A stretch of DNA of 62,068 nt, the filler included, from Candidatus Woesearchaeota archaeon (lineage in GTDB: Archaea; Nanobdellota; Nanobdellia; Woesearchaeales; BM511), in NCBI GenBank assembly GCA_023266675.1. It is 5 parts of 5 records of this genome, joined end to end, with 100 filler letters (N's around TTAATTAATTAA, not from the genome) between each part and the next. Parts side by side here need not be neighbours in the genome. Positions count along the whole stretch, not along the records: positions 22,025 to 43,458 come from JAHFPP010000016.1; positions 43,559 to 49,711 come from JAHFPP010000070.1; 3 more parts are not named here. One strand, 5' to 3'. The position numbers were made by a program, and so were the translations under genes. Below the pieces are notes generated by a model that saw only the letters and a list, made by a program, of their open reading frames with translations, searched no databases and was not told the DNA's origin. Shown piece by piece: positions 39,124 to 48,141 of the stretch; the first letter of the stretch is position 1, and every line of letters starts with the position of its first letter.

Positions 39124-39940
39124 AAAAGAATCAAACAATAAAACCAATAACGAGGAAAAACCAATAGTTCTTGATATCTCAGAAATAGTTGACGAAGGGG
39201 AAAACCTAAAAACATTTTTCTTTGATTATGAACTAAACGCAACGCCAGGACAGTTCATCATGCTTTGGCTTCCAGGAGTCGACTTAAAGCCGTTCTCAAT
39301 AAGCTACCAGACAAAAGAAAAGTTTGGCGTAACAGTTTATGCAATAGGAGACTTCACAAAAAAATTAATGGATTTAAAAGTTGGCGACAAACTCGGCATT
39401 CAGGGACCATATGGCAAAGGATATACTTTTGACGCAGAAAATTCGGCATTGGTTGGAGGCGGGAGCGGAACAGCATCAGTAATGCTTCTTGCAGACAAGC
39501 TTTCATCAAACGGAAAAAAAGTAAACTTAATTGTTGGTGCAAGAACAAAAAATCTTCTCTTGCACCCGCAAGGAGAACTTAAAAACAGGATAAACACGCT
39601 ATTTTGCACCGATGACGGGAGTTACGGGTTTAAGGGATTTACCACACAGGCACTAAGAGAACTCCTCCAAAAAGAAAAAATTGACATGATATACACATGC
39701 GGCCCAGAAATCATGATGAAAAAAGTCATGGAGATATCTGACGAATTCAATATTCCATGCGAAGTTTCAATGGAACGATACATGAAATGCGGATTTGGAG
39801 TATGCGGGCAGTGCGTTGTTGACAACCTTGGGATAAGGACATGCAAAGACGGTCCAGTAATAACAAAAGAGATAATAAAACAGATACCTGACTTTGGAAA
39901 ATATAAGCGTGCAAGCAGCGGCAAAAAAATATTTTATTAA
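39113..39940 (+). CDS. pyrK: dihydroorotate dehydrogenase electron-transfer subunit
   Basis: PGQFIMLW, GPYG, TDDGSYG, CGPEIMM, MKCGFGVCGQC..CKDGP [2Fe-2S]. Confidence 0.95.
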   Translation: MCVEKESNNKTNNEEKPIVLDISEIVDEGENLKTFFFDYELNATPGQFIMLWLPGVDLKPFSISYQTKEKFGVTVYAIGDFTKKLMDLKVGDKLGIQGPYGKGYTFDAENSALVGGGSGTASVMLLADKLSSNGKKVNLIVGARTKNLLLHPQGELKNRINTLFCTDDGSYGFKGFTTQALRELLQKEKIDMIYTCGPEIMMKKVMEISDEFNIPCEVSMERYMKCGFGVCGQCVVDNLGIRTCKDGPVITKEIIKQIPDFGKYKRASSGKKIFY

Positions 39941-39981
39941 TTTAAGATATTAATAATTCAATAATTGGTGGTGTGATACAA

Positions 39982-40650
39982 ATGGAAAACTACAAAAAAG
40001 GATTCATAGAGTTTTTAGTTAAGTCAGGTGCTCTTAAATTTGGTGAGTTCACGCTAAAAAGCGGAAGAGTGTCTCCTTATTTCATTAATACAGGAATGTT
40101 TAAAGACGGAGACGGCATAACAAAACTCGCATCATACTATGCGCAGGCAATCAAAAAAGAATTTGGAGAAAATTTTGACGTTTTATATGGTCCAGCATAC
40201 AAAGGAATACCTCTTTGTGTTTCAACAATTATAGAACTGTCAAGATTAGGAATAAACAAAGGATATTCATTCAACAGAAAAGAAGCCAAAGACCACGGTG
40301 AAGGCGGACAGATTGTCGGCGCAGCACTAGATGAAAATAAGGAAATAGTCATAATTGATGACGTAATAACCGCAGGAACAGCTGTTAAAGAGACAATTGA
40401 CGTTCTAAAGAAAAATGGCAACCCAAAGATAAAAGGTATAATCATCTCTGTAAACCGAAAAGAAAAAGGAATTGGCGAAAAAAGCGCCATACAGGAACTT
40501 CAGGAAACGCTTGGAGTAAGAATATTATCAATAATAGACTTTGATGAAATAACAAATTATCTTCATAACAGAGAGATTGACGGTAAAATATATTTAGATG
40601 ATAACTTGCACTCACAAATGATTGAATACAAACAAAAATATGGAGTATGA
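39982..40650 (+). CDS. pyrE: orotate phosphoribosyltransferase
   Basis: FGEFTLKSGR.SPYF, GPAYKGIPL, NRKEAKDHGEGG, IIDDVITAGT. Confidence 0.96.
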   Translation: MENYKKGFIEFLVKSGALKFGEFTLKSGRVSPYFINTGMFKDGDGITKLASYYAQAIKKEFGENFDVLYGPAYKGIPLCVSTIIELSRLGINKGYSFNRKEAKDHGEGGQIVGAALDENKEIVIIDDVITAGTAVKETIDVLKKNGNPKIKGIIISVNRKEKGIGEKSAIQELQETLGVRILSIIDFDEITNYLHNREIDGKIYLDDNLHSQMIEYKQKYGV

Positions 40651-41597
40651 AAGAAATGAATTTTGCAGACAACCTTATAAAAGCAATTGAAGAAAAGCAA
40701 AACCCTTCTGTCATTGGTATTGATACTGATTTTGAAAAAATACCGGTTTTTTTAAAAGAGGAATATGTAAAAAGAGATGGGAACTCGCTTGAAGCAGCGG
40801 CAAAATGCATTCTAGAATTCAACAAAAAAATAATTGACGCAACAAAAGATGTTGTTCCTGCAGTTAAAATCCAAATGGCATTCTACGAACAGTACGGGCA
40901 TGAGGGGATATGGGCATTTGAAGAAACAGTGAAATATGCAAGAAACGCAGGACTAATGGTGATTGAAGATGGAAAAAGAAATGATATCGGAAACACTGCA
41001 AAAGCATACTCGATAGCGCACCTTGGAAAAACAGATGTCATGGGAGAAAAGATTGCGGCGCTTGACATGGACTGCCTCACGATAAACGCATATCTTGGAA
41101 GTGACGGAGTAATGCCTTTTATTGAAGAATGTATCGAATACGGAAAAGGAATATTCATCCTTGTAAAAACATCAAATAAAAGCTCAGGAGAACTTCAGGA
41201 TATTGAAACTAAAAAAGGACAAAGAGTGTACGAAGCCATGGCAGAGTATGTGAATAAGTGGGGAAAAAATCTGATTGGCAGAAAAGGATACTCATCTGTC
41301 GGAGCTGTTGTCGGAGCAACATATCCCACTGAAGCAAAAAGATTAAGGGAAATAATGCCTAATTCCATATTTCTTGTCCCTGGATACGGAGTGCAGGGAG
41401 GTTCAGCAGATGATGTTGTTCCATGCTTTAATAAAGACGGATACGGTGCAATAGTAAATAATTCAAGAGGAATAATCTTTGCATACCAAAAAACAGGAAA
41501 TGAAAAAGAATATGACAAGGAAGCAAGAAAAGCAGCAATAGCAATGAAAGAAGCGATAACTAAATCATTAAAAGATGCAAAGATATGTGCCTGGTGA
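40647..41597 (+). CDS. pyrF: orotidine-5'-phosphate decarboxylase (long, subfamily 2)
   Basis: DGKRNDIGNT, LVKTSN, GAVVGAT, LVPGYG.QGG, NSRGII. Confidence 0.95.
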   Translation: MKEMNFADNLIKAIEEKQNPSVIGIDTDFEKIPVFLKEEYVKRDGNSLEAAAKCILEFNKKIIDATKDVVPAVKIQMAFYEQYGHEGIWAFEETVKYARNAGLMVIEDGKRNDIGNTAKAYSIAHLGKTDVMGEKIAALDMDCLTINAYLGSDGVMPFIEECIEYGKGIFILVKTSNKSSGELQDIETKKGQRVYEAMAEYVNKWGKNLIGRKGYSSVGAVVGATYPTEAKRLREIMPNSIFLVPGYGVQGGSADDVVPCFNKDGYGAIVNNSRGIIFAYQKTGNEKEYDKEARKAAIAMKEAITKSLKDAKICAW

Positions 41598-41662
41598 TTT
41601 CCACTTTAATTTTTAATCGTTAAAACCACAAATTTATCAATAGGTTAATTTCTTCCTATAAT

Positions 41663-42817
41663 ATGCACAGGAATCCGTTATACGACCCACGAGAAGATTC
41701 ATATTTACTAGCAGAAGCTGTAAAAACGTATGCGTACGGGAAAACTCTTGATATGGGAACTGGAAGCGGAATACAGGCAGTAAGCGCCGCAAACAATAAA
41801 GACGTAACTTCAGTTCTTGCGGCAGACATAAACACTGAAGCATTAATTTATGCAAAAAAACAGTATCATCATCCAAACATCTCTTACATTCAATCTGATC
41901 TTTTCTCAAATATCCATGAACAATTTGATACTATCATATTTAATCCACCCTACCTTCCGGATGACCCTAACATACGGGATGTCGCGCTTGACGGAGGGGT
42001 AAAAGGATATGAACTCTCAGTTAAATTTCTAAAAGAAGCAAGAAAATATCTTAATAATGACGGGCAAATACTCTTTTTATTCTCTTCACTAACACAAAAA
42101 GAAGTAATTGAAGAAACACTGGTGCAAAACGCATATTTTTTTGAAGAGATTGCAAGGCAAAAGCTTGACTTTGAAGAATTATATGTCTATAAAATTAAAA
42201 AAATTGAGTCATTTGTTAAAGGTTTAACAAATTTTAAATTCTTCGCAAAGGGAAAGCGAGGACTTATCTACACTTCAAAGTTAAAAAACGTAAAAATCGC
42301 AATCAAGATAAAAAATCCGAAAAGCGAAGCGAAATCAAGAATATTTTTTGAAGGAAAAAACCTTGAAGAAATGAATAAACTAAGAATAGGCCCAAAATTA
42401 CTGAAAGCAGAAGAGGATTATATTATCTACAAATTTGTTGACGGTACACTTTTTCCAAAATTCCTTGAAAAATGCAGTAAAAAAGATGCGATTTCAGTTA
42501 TAAAACATGTTCTCTCACAGATGCGAACGCTTGACAAAAATCTTATCAACAAAGAGGAGATGAGTAATCCATACAAACATATAATCGTGACCAAAACCAA
42601 AAAACCTGTTTTAATTGATTTTGAACGCTCAAACAAGACATTAAAACCTCACAATATAAACCAATTCGTGCAATACCTGATATCCTCAAAAATCGAAGCA
42701 TTGTTAATAAAAAAGAATATTTTTATTGACAAGAAAGAAATAATAATCCTAGCGCAAAAATACAAGAAAGATTACAACATAAGATTATACAAAAAAATAG
42801 TTACTTTGATAAAATGA
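41663..42817 (+). CDS. HemK2/PrmC-like methyltransferase fused to RIO/Bud32-like kinase domain
   Basis: YDPREDSYLL, LDMGTGSG, FNPPYLP, DGG..G; then AKGKRG, AIK, IGPKL, LIDFERS. Confidence 0.88.
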   Translation: MHRNPLYDPREDSYLLAEAVKTYAYGKTLDMGTGSGIQAVSAANNKDVTSVLAADINTEALIYAKKQYHHPNISYIQSDLFSNIHEQFDTIIFNPPYLPDDPNIRDVALDGGVKGYELSVKFLKEARKYLNNDGQILFLFSSLTQKEVIEETLVQNAYFFEEIARQKLDFEELYVYKIKKIESFVKGLTNFKFFAKGKRGLIYTSKLKNVKIAIKIKNPKSEAKSRIFFEGKNLEEMNKLRIGPKLLKAEEDYIIYKFVDGTLFPKFLEKCSKKDAISVIKHVLSQMRTLDKNLINKEEMSNPYKHIIVTKTKKPVLIDFERSNKTLKPHNINQFVQYLISSKIEALLIKKNIFIDKKEIIILAQKYKKDYNIRLYKKIVTLIK

Positions 42818-43143
42818 ACACATTCAAAGAAAAAGTTTATTCACTTGTAAAAAAGATACCAAAAGGAAAAGTATCAACATATAAAGAAATCGCACACGCA
42901 TTAAATACTCGTGCATACAGGGCTGTCGGACAAGTTCTCAAATTAAATGATGATGGATACAAAGACGGCGGAAAAACACCATGCCACAGGATTGTATCTT
43001 CAAATGGACACATAGGCGGATTTTGCGGACAAACTAAAGGAAATGAGATACTTATAAAAAAACAACTGCTCGAAAAAGAAGGAATTAAATTTGACAAAGA
43101 TAATAATCTGATAAACTTTAAAAAAAAGTTATTCAGATTTTAA
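42814..43143 (+). CDS. MGMT/Ogt-family alkyltransferase (single domain)
   Basis: IPKGKVSTY, RAVG, PCHRIV, LLEKEG. Confidence 0.92.
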   Translation: MNTFKEKVYSLVKKIPKGKVSTYKEIAHALNTRAYRAVGQVLKLNDDGYKDGGKTPCHRIVSSNGHIGGFCGQTKGNEILIKKQLLEKEGIKFDKDNNLINFKKKLFRF

Positions 43144-43169
43144 AAAAGGAAATAAAAAATTAATTATAT

Positions 43170-43457
43170 CTATGCATAACTTAACGAACCAATATGAATT
43201 GGATTCTGTGGTGCATATTGTTTCTGCAATATTCTTTCTGGAAGCTTAAACTCTTTAGGCAGGCCATCTTGCAATAAACCCATCAAATCCTTGCATTGTG
43301 TACTTTTAATCATCTCCAAATATGCAATTCCCAAAGAATCATCACCCGTTTTTAATAAACTGCCAACTACAAGAGGACTCCAATAAACTCCTCGGCCAGA
43401 CTCACCATTTACTAAATCGGCATTTTCTCTTAATTCAATAAGCCGAGCATAAGTACT
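43170..43457 (-). CDS. hypothetical protein, C-terminal fragment truncated by contig end
   Basis: Open frame STYARLIELRENADLVNG...GSLSYA* up to the linker. Confidence 0.5.
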   Translation of the reverse strand, partial: STYARLIELRENADLVNGESGRGVYWSPLVVGSLLKTGDDSLGIAYLEMIKSTQCKDLMGLLQDGLPKEFKLPERILQKQYAPQNPIHIGSLSYA

Positions 43458-43458
43458 T

Positions 43459-43558
43459 NNNNNNNNNNNNNNNNNNNNNNNNNNNNNNNNNNNNNNNNNN
43501 NNTTAATTAATTAANNNNNNNNNNNNNNNNNNNNNNNNNNNNNNNNNNNNNNNNNNNN
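43459..43558. other. artificial contig linker
   Basis: N-run with TTAATTAATTAA. Confidence 0.97.
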
Positions 43559-43657
43559 GTAATTGAGGACCTATCACTTTTTCATATAATCCACCCTGAT
43601 AACAGGGGAATAAATGTCATAGTAAAATTTAATAATGATGAAGAAAAAAATGAGATA

Positions 43658-43861
43658 TTGGAATATTGTAAAATCTCAGAGCTTGAGCATACAATCTGCC
43701 CAAGATATATAAGAGTGAACTGTCCCGCAGTATCAATAGAAATAAAAAGACTGAAGACAGAACCAGTTGAGGAAATAAAAGTGGATTATGATAAAACAGA
43801 CGAAGATAAATTCAAAGATGATAATTTAGAACAAGATGAAACAGATGATGAGGTGCGATGA
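43658..43861 (+). CDS. hypothetical protein (start uncertain)
   Basis: Cys-containing ORF with acidic tail; stop overlaps next ATG (ATGA). Confidence 0.4.
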   Translation: MEYCKISELEHTICPRYIRVNCPAVSIEIKRLKTEPVEEIKVDYDKTDEDKFKDDNLEQDETDDEVR

Positions 43862-44292
43862 ATATGGTTAAGTATCCAAATGATATGTCAGAAGTTATAT
43901 ACTTTACAAACAGGGCAATTGAGCCAAATGGAAATGCAAAAGCATGGGCGTTTAAAGTAAAATGCGAAAAATGCAACATAGGAATGATGGGCAAACCAGT
44001 TGAGAACGGCAAAGTAAAAATTCGGGCAACAGAATACGTGTGTCCTAACTGCGGATTCACAGAAGAAAAATCGTTGCATGAATCAAAACTGACACTAACA
44101 GTTGTCTACACGTGTCCATACTGTCAAAATAGCGGAGACACAACAACTGAATACAAAAGAAAATCATTTGACGGCGTAAAAGCGTTTATTATCACATGCC
44201 AGAAATGCCAAAAGAAAATCGGCATCACAAAAAAGATGAAGAAGCCAAAGAAAGGAGCCGCGCCAGAAGAAGCTGTTGACGACGACGATTAA
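43858..44292 (+). CDS. multi-zinc-ribbon protein
   Basis: CEKC, CPNC, CPYC, CQKC; YFTNR and ITKKMK motifs; GAGGTG SD. Confidence 0.85.
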   Translation: MNMVKYPNDMSEVIYFTNRAIEPNGNAKAWAFKVKCEKCNIGMMGKPVENGKVKIRATEYVCPNCGFTEEKSLHESKLTLTVVYTCPYCQNSGDTTTEYKRKSFDGVKAFIITCQKCQKKIGITKKMKKPKKGAAPEEAVDDDD

Positions 44293-44350
44293 ATCTTATT
44301 CTAAATTTTTTTTAATATTTTTTTTCTATACTTTTGTTAAAAACCCGTTC

Positions 44351-44638
44351 TCAGCCTTTGTTTTGAAAAGATGAACCTATAATTGCTGCTGCTGAGACTA
44401 TGCTTGCTGCAAGAATAAGGGAGTTTACAGGAATGTCAGTGTAGCCTGAGATATACGCTCCAAGCTTTATCATCCAAAGAGTGCCGACAAAAAATATTAT
44501 TCCTGTTATCAAAAGAACAAACCCTGCGATTATTATCAATATCAGCCTTGAGATTGTATCTAGAAGTGTATTACTCTGTTTAGTCTTAATAACTCCTTCA
44601 GGAAGCGGTTTGTCAAATTTCATAATTATCGGAAACAT
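44351..44638 (-). CDS. small 2-TM membrane protein
   Basis: Two long hydrophobic segments. Confidence 0.65.
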   Translation of the reverse strand: MFPIIMKFDKPLPEGVIKTKQSNTLLDTISRLILIIIAGFVLLITGIIFFVGTLWMIKLGAYISGYTDIPVNSLILAASIVSAAAIIGSSFQNKG

Positions 44639-44664
44639 ATTTTGTTATTTAAGTTTTTCGTATA

Positions 44665-44857
44665 CAACCTTTTTAAACGCTCACCGCTACGCGGCAAGCT
44701 TCGGGTAACACCCTCAATTCGCTAAATGCACAAAAGCAAAGCTTTTGGCACGCAGAAAACTTTAAGTTTTCTTGCACTTGAACAAAAATATGGCGAGTAT
44801 TAAAAATAAAAAATATTTTTAAAAACAAAAAACGTTTATTAAAAACATTAACTCACC
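44665..44857 (+). repeat. dispersed double-hairpin element, copy E5, with nested hairpin cassettes
   Basis: CAACCTTTTTAAAC[CCGC-TAC-GCGG; GGGT-AAC-ACCC; CAAAAGC-AAA-GCTTTTG; GCAGAAAACTT-T-AAGTTTTCTTGC]..TTGAACAAAAATAT-GGCGAGT...ACTCACC. Confidence 0.72.
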
Positions 44858-44915
44858 CAACTCTTCTTTAATCCTTGTCGCAACTTATTTAAATGAATAG
44901 TTAATATCAATTTTT

Positions 44916-47000
44916 ATGTCAAATAAATCAATTTTTTACGTAACTACGCCGATATATTATCCTAACGATATACCTCATCTTGGGCACGCATACACATCAA
45001 TTGCAGCGGATGTCTTAGCAAGATTTCACCGCTCTCTTGGGGATGACGTGCTTTTTAGCACGGGAACTGATGAGCACGGCCAAAAGATCGAGAATGCCGC
45101 AAAAAAAGCCGGCAAGGAAACAAAGGAGTTTGTTGACAATTTAATCCCTCAGTTTAAAGAGGCATGGAAGGTACTGAATATTTCTTACGATGATTTTATT
45201 AGGACAACTGAATATAGGCATAAATCTGCAGTTATTGAAATTCTTAAAAGATGCTATGAAAACGGCGACATATACAAGGGAAATTATGAAGGTCTTTACT
45301 GCTTGGGGTGCGAAGCATTTTATCTTGAAAAAGACCTTGATGATGGTAAATGCAAAATCCATAAGACAAAAGTTGAGGTAGTAAAAGAGGAATCATACTT
45401 TTTTAGACTTTCAGGGTATCAGGAAAAACTTTTGGATTACTACGAAAAAAACATTGATTTCCTCTCGCCATATCATAAGCGCGAAGAAATAATCAACAGG
45501 GTTAAGGAAGGACTTAATGACCTCTCAATAACAAGAACCTCATTCAAGTGGGGAATACCATTTCCTTATGACGAAAAACACGTTATTTATGTCTGGTTTG
45601 ATGCGCTGACAAACTATATTACGTGCGCAGGGTTTCCAGACAATCCAAAAAAATTTGAGGAATTTTGGCCAGCAAGCGTTCACCTTGTCGGAAAGGATAT
45701 AATGTGGTTTCATCAGGTAATCTGGCCTGCAATGCTTATGTCTGCAAAACTTGCTTTGCCAAAAAAAGTATTTGCGCACGGATGGTGGACTGTTAACGGC
45801 GAAAAGATGAGTAAATCTATTGGAAACGTCATTTCACCAATTGAAACATCAAAAAAGTTTGGAGCAGATGAACTCAGATACTTTCTTCTTCGCGAAGCGT
45901 CATTTGGAGAAGATGGGGACTATTCTGAAAAATCTTTTATTCAAAGAATAAACTCGGATTTGGCAGACGACCTTGGAAACCTTTTGTCGCGCGCGCTTAC
46001 ACTAATTGAAAAAAATTTTGAAAGCGTTATACCTCAAAAACATGATTCCACCAATATGGATGAAGAGCTTATGAAGTCTCTTGACATATTTGAAGAGTAC
46101 CAAAAATATATGGACTCACTTGAATTTAATAATGCGTTGTCATCTGTGTGGCGAGCAGTACAGGGTGCAAACAAGTATATCAACGATGCGCAGCCTTGGA
46201 AGATTGAAGACAAGAAACGTCTTGGAACAGTTCTTTATAATGTTGCAGAAGCATTGAGGATAATATCAATCTACATCGAGCCGTTTATGCCGACAAAAGC
46301 GTATGAGATGAGACTTTGTCTTGGTGTGAGAGATGAATCTTTTAAAACATTAAAACATCATATCAAGCCAGGGTTAAAAACTGTGAAAGGAAATCATTTA
46401 TTCAAAAAATATGATATAAAACTTATTGAAAAAGAAGAACAAGAGAAAAAAAACAAGGAAAAAGTGGAAAAAGAAAAAGAGAAAAAAGAAATCAATAAAA
46501 AAACAGATGCGCATGAATCTAAAAAAATTATGCAGCAGGATTTTTCAATACTAAATCTTAAAGTTGGAAAGATAGTTGACATAAAAATGCATCCCAATGC
46601 TGACAAGCTTTACATTGAGCAGATTGATTTTGGCACAGAAACGCGGCAGATTCTTTCAGGCCTGCGGGGATATTATGCTGCTGACGAGCTTTTAGGCAAG
46701 AAAGTTGTTGTTGTAACCAACCTGAAGACTGCAAAGATAAGAGGTCTTGAAAGCCAAGGGATGCTTCTTGCCAGCGAGGAAGACGGAAAAGTTGGAATAC
46801 TGTTTTTGGAGCATGCAAATGTTGGTGAAAATGTATCAATTGAAGGCGTAACTCCTTCAACAAAGGAGATCGTCTATGAAGAGTTCGCCGGAGTAAAAAT
46901 GGAAGTTAAATACGGGGTTGCGTATTTTGAAAACAGTGAACTTAAAGCAGGTTCTGAAAAAGTCAAGGTTGAAAGAATAAAAAACGGACCGATAAGATAG
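44916..47000 (+). CDS. metG: methionine--tRNA ligase with C-terminal tRNA-binding OB domain
   Basis: YVTTPIYYPN.PHLGH, GTDEHGQKI, YVWFDAL, KMSKS, HPNADKLY, SQGMLLA. Confidence 0.97.
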   Translation: MSNKSIFYVTTPIYYPNDIPHLGHAYTSIAADVLARFHRSLGDDVLFSTGTDEHGQKIENAAKKAGKETKEFVDNLIPQFKEAWKVLNISYDDFIRTTEYRHKSAVIEILKRCYENGDIYKGNYEGLYCLGCEAFYLEKDLDDGKCKIHKTKVEVVKEESYFFRLSGYQEKLLDYYEKNIDFLSPYHKREEIINRVKEGLNDLSITRTSFKWGIPFPYDEKHVIYVWFDALTNYITCAGFPDNPKKFEEFWPASVHLVGKDIMWFHQVIWPAMLMSAKLALPKKVFAHGWWTVNGEKMSKSIGNVISPIETSKKFGADELRYFLLREASFGEDGDYSEKSFIQRINSDLADDLGNLLSRALTLIEKNFESVIPQKHDSTNMDEELMKSLDIFEEYQKYMDSLEFNNALSSVWRAVQGANKYINDAQPWKIEDKKRLGTVLYNVAEALRIISIYIEPFMPTKAYEMRLCLGVRDESFKTLKHHIKPGLKTVKGNHLFKKYDIKLIEKEEQEKKNKEKVEKEKEKKEINKKTDAHESKKIMQQDFSILNLKVGKIVDIKMHPNADKLYIEQIDFGTETRQILSGLRGYYAADELLGKKVVVVTNLKTAKIRGLESQGMLLASEEDGKVGILFLEHANVGENVSIEGVTPSTKEIVYEEFAGVKMEVKYGVAYFENSELKAGSEKVKVERIKNGPIR

Positions 47001-47235
47001 ATAAGATAATTTAATAATAATTTATTCTAACTTTAATAATAAATTTATTCTAACATTTCATGAATCAAAATAACTATTTTTGCAGTAGATTTTCCCTTAA
47101 TTGATTTTCTATCAAATGAAGCGTTTTTTGTTTAATATAGTTGGTTAAAAATGAATCGTGCTAATATTTTATTATTGCTAAATAAACAGCAACAAACCGC
47201 AATATATAAAAAGACCAATACTCAGTAAAATAAGG

Positions 47236-48141
47236 ATGGGTGGAAAAAAGAGGCTTTTTAGAAATAAGTCTGTTAGCTACAGCCATAAAATTTATTCAAA
47301 GCAAGACATGTTATCTGAAGTAAAATCTGATTCAGGTAAATCTATAAATGAAGCTAAACACGAATCTTTCCAGACTAAAAAAAGACATATATACAAGCGA
47401 ATTTTAAAGATACATCACGACTTTCCACCAGGAATAGCTATGCTTCTTGTTTTTTCTGCAATAATATGCGCACTATACATAGTTCTTGCATCAATGTTCT
47501 CGTTCACAATAATCCTTGGAGCAGTTATTCAGGGAGCATTCTCAAGAGTGTTAAACATAATAATGATACTTCTAATCTCCTTTATGATATATGGTGTGTC
47601 AAAGAAAAAAATGTGGGGGTATCATCTCTCTTTGTGGATATTCAGCTTTGTGATTATAAACTCTGTAGTCTCAATGTTTCTGATAAGGCAAAACGTATCA
47701 GGACTTATGAACGTGTTTGTGTCACTGTCTTTCTTTTTCATCCTGATGATGAACATGATGACACTCTGGTACATCAAGTCAAAAAAAGATTATTTCCTCC
47801 ACAACTACCACCCTGCACACATGAGCAGAGAGGACAAGACTTTTGTTTTTGGACTTACTGGACTGTGGTTTGCGTTTATTTTAACAACAGGCACGCTTGG
47901 AAATGAGTTTTATATGCAGACAACACAAAAAACAGACGTCTTAATACAGGAATTAAGCACAGTCAATCCATACAGCGCAGAGGATTACTGCCTTCAAAAA
48001 ATTGATGACCGCGACTTATGCTTGCTTACGGCAGCGCTGATGTATGAGAAAGTTATAAACTCAAACATCCTATGCAAAGACATCAGCTCGCAGTTTTATA
48101 AGTACACATGCTTTAAGGCAATGCAGGGGGATTTCATTTGA
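47236..48141 (+). CDS. multi-TM membrane protein with C-terminal Cys-helical repeats
   Basis: About 5 TM segments; YCLQKIDDRDLCL..LCKDISSQFYKYTC. Confidence 0.75.
   Translation: MGGKKRLFRNKSVSYSHKIYSKQDMLSEVKSDSGKSINEAKHESFQTKKRHIYKRILKIHHDFPPGIAMLLVFSAIICALYIVLASMFSFTIILGAVIQGAFSRVLNIIMILLISFMIYGVSKKKMWGYHLSLWIFSFVIINSVVSMFLIRQNVSGLMNVFVSLSFFFILMMNMMTLWYIKSKKDYFLHNYHPAHMSREDKTFVFGLTGLWFAFILTTGTLGNEFYMQTTQKTDVLIQELSTVNPYSAEDYCLQKIDDRDLCLLTAALMYEKVINSNILCKDISSQFYKYTCFKAMQGDFI

Noticed and set aside
47010..47054. 22/23-bp tandem duplication after metG
   Set aside because: Simple AT-rich slippage duplicate; only two units and no spacers, so not CRISPR
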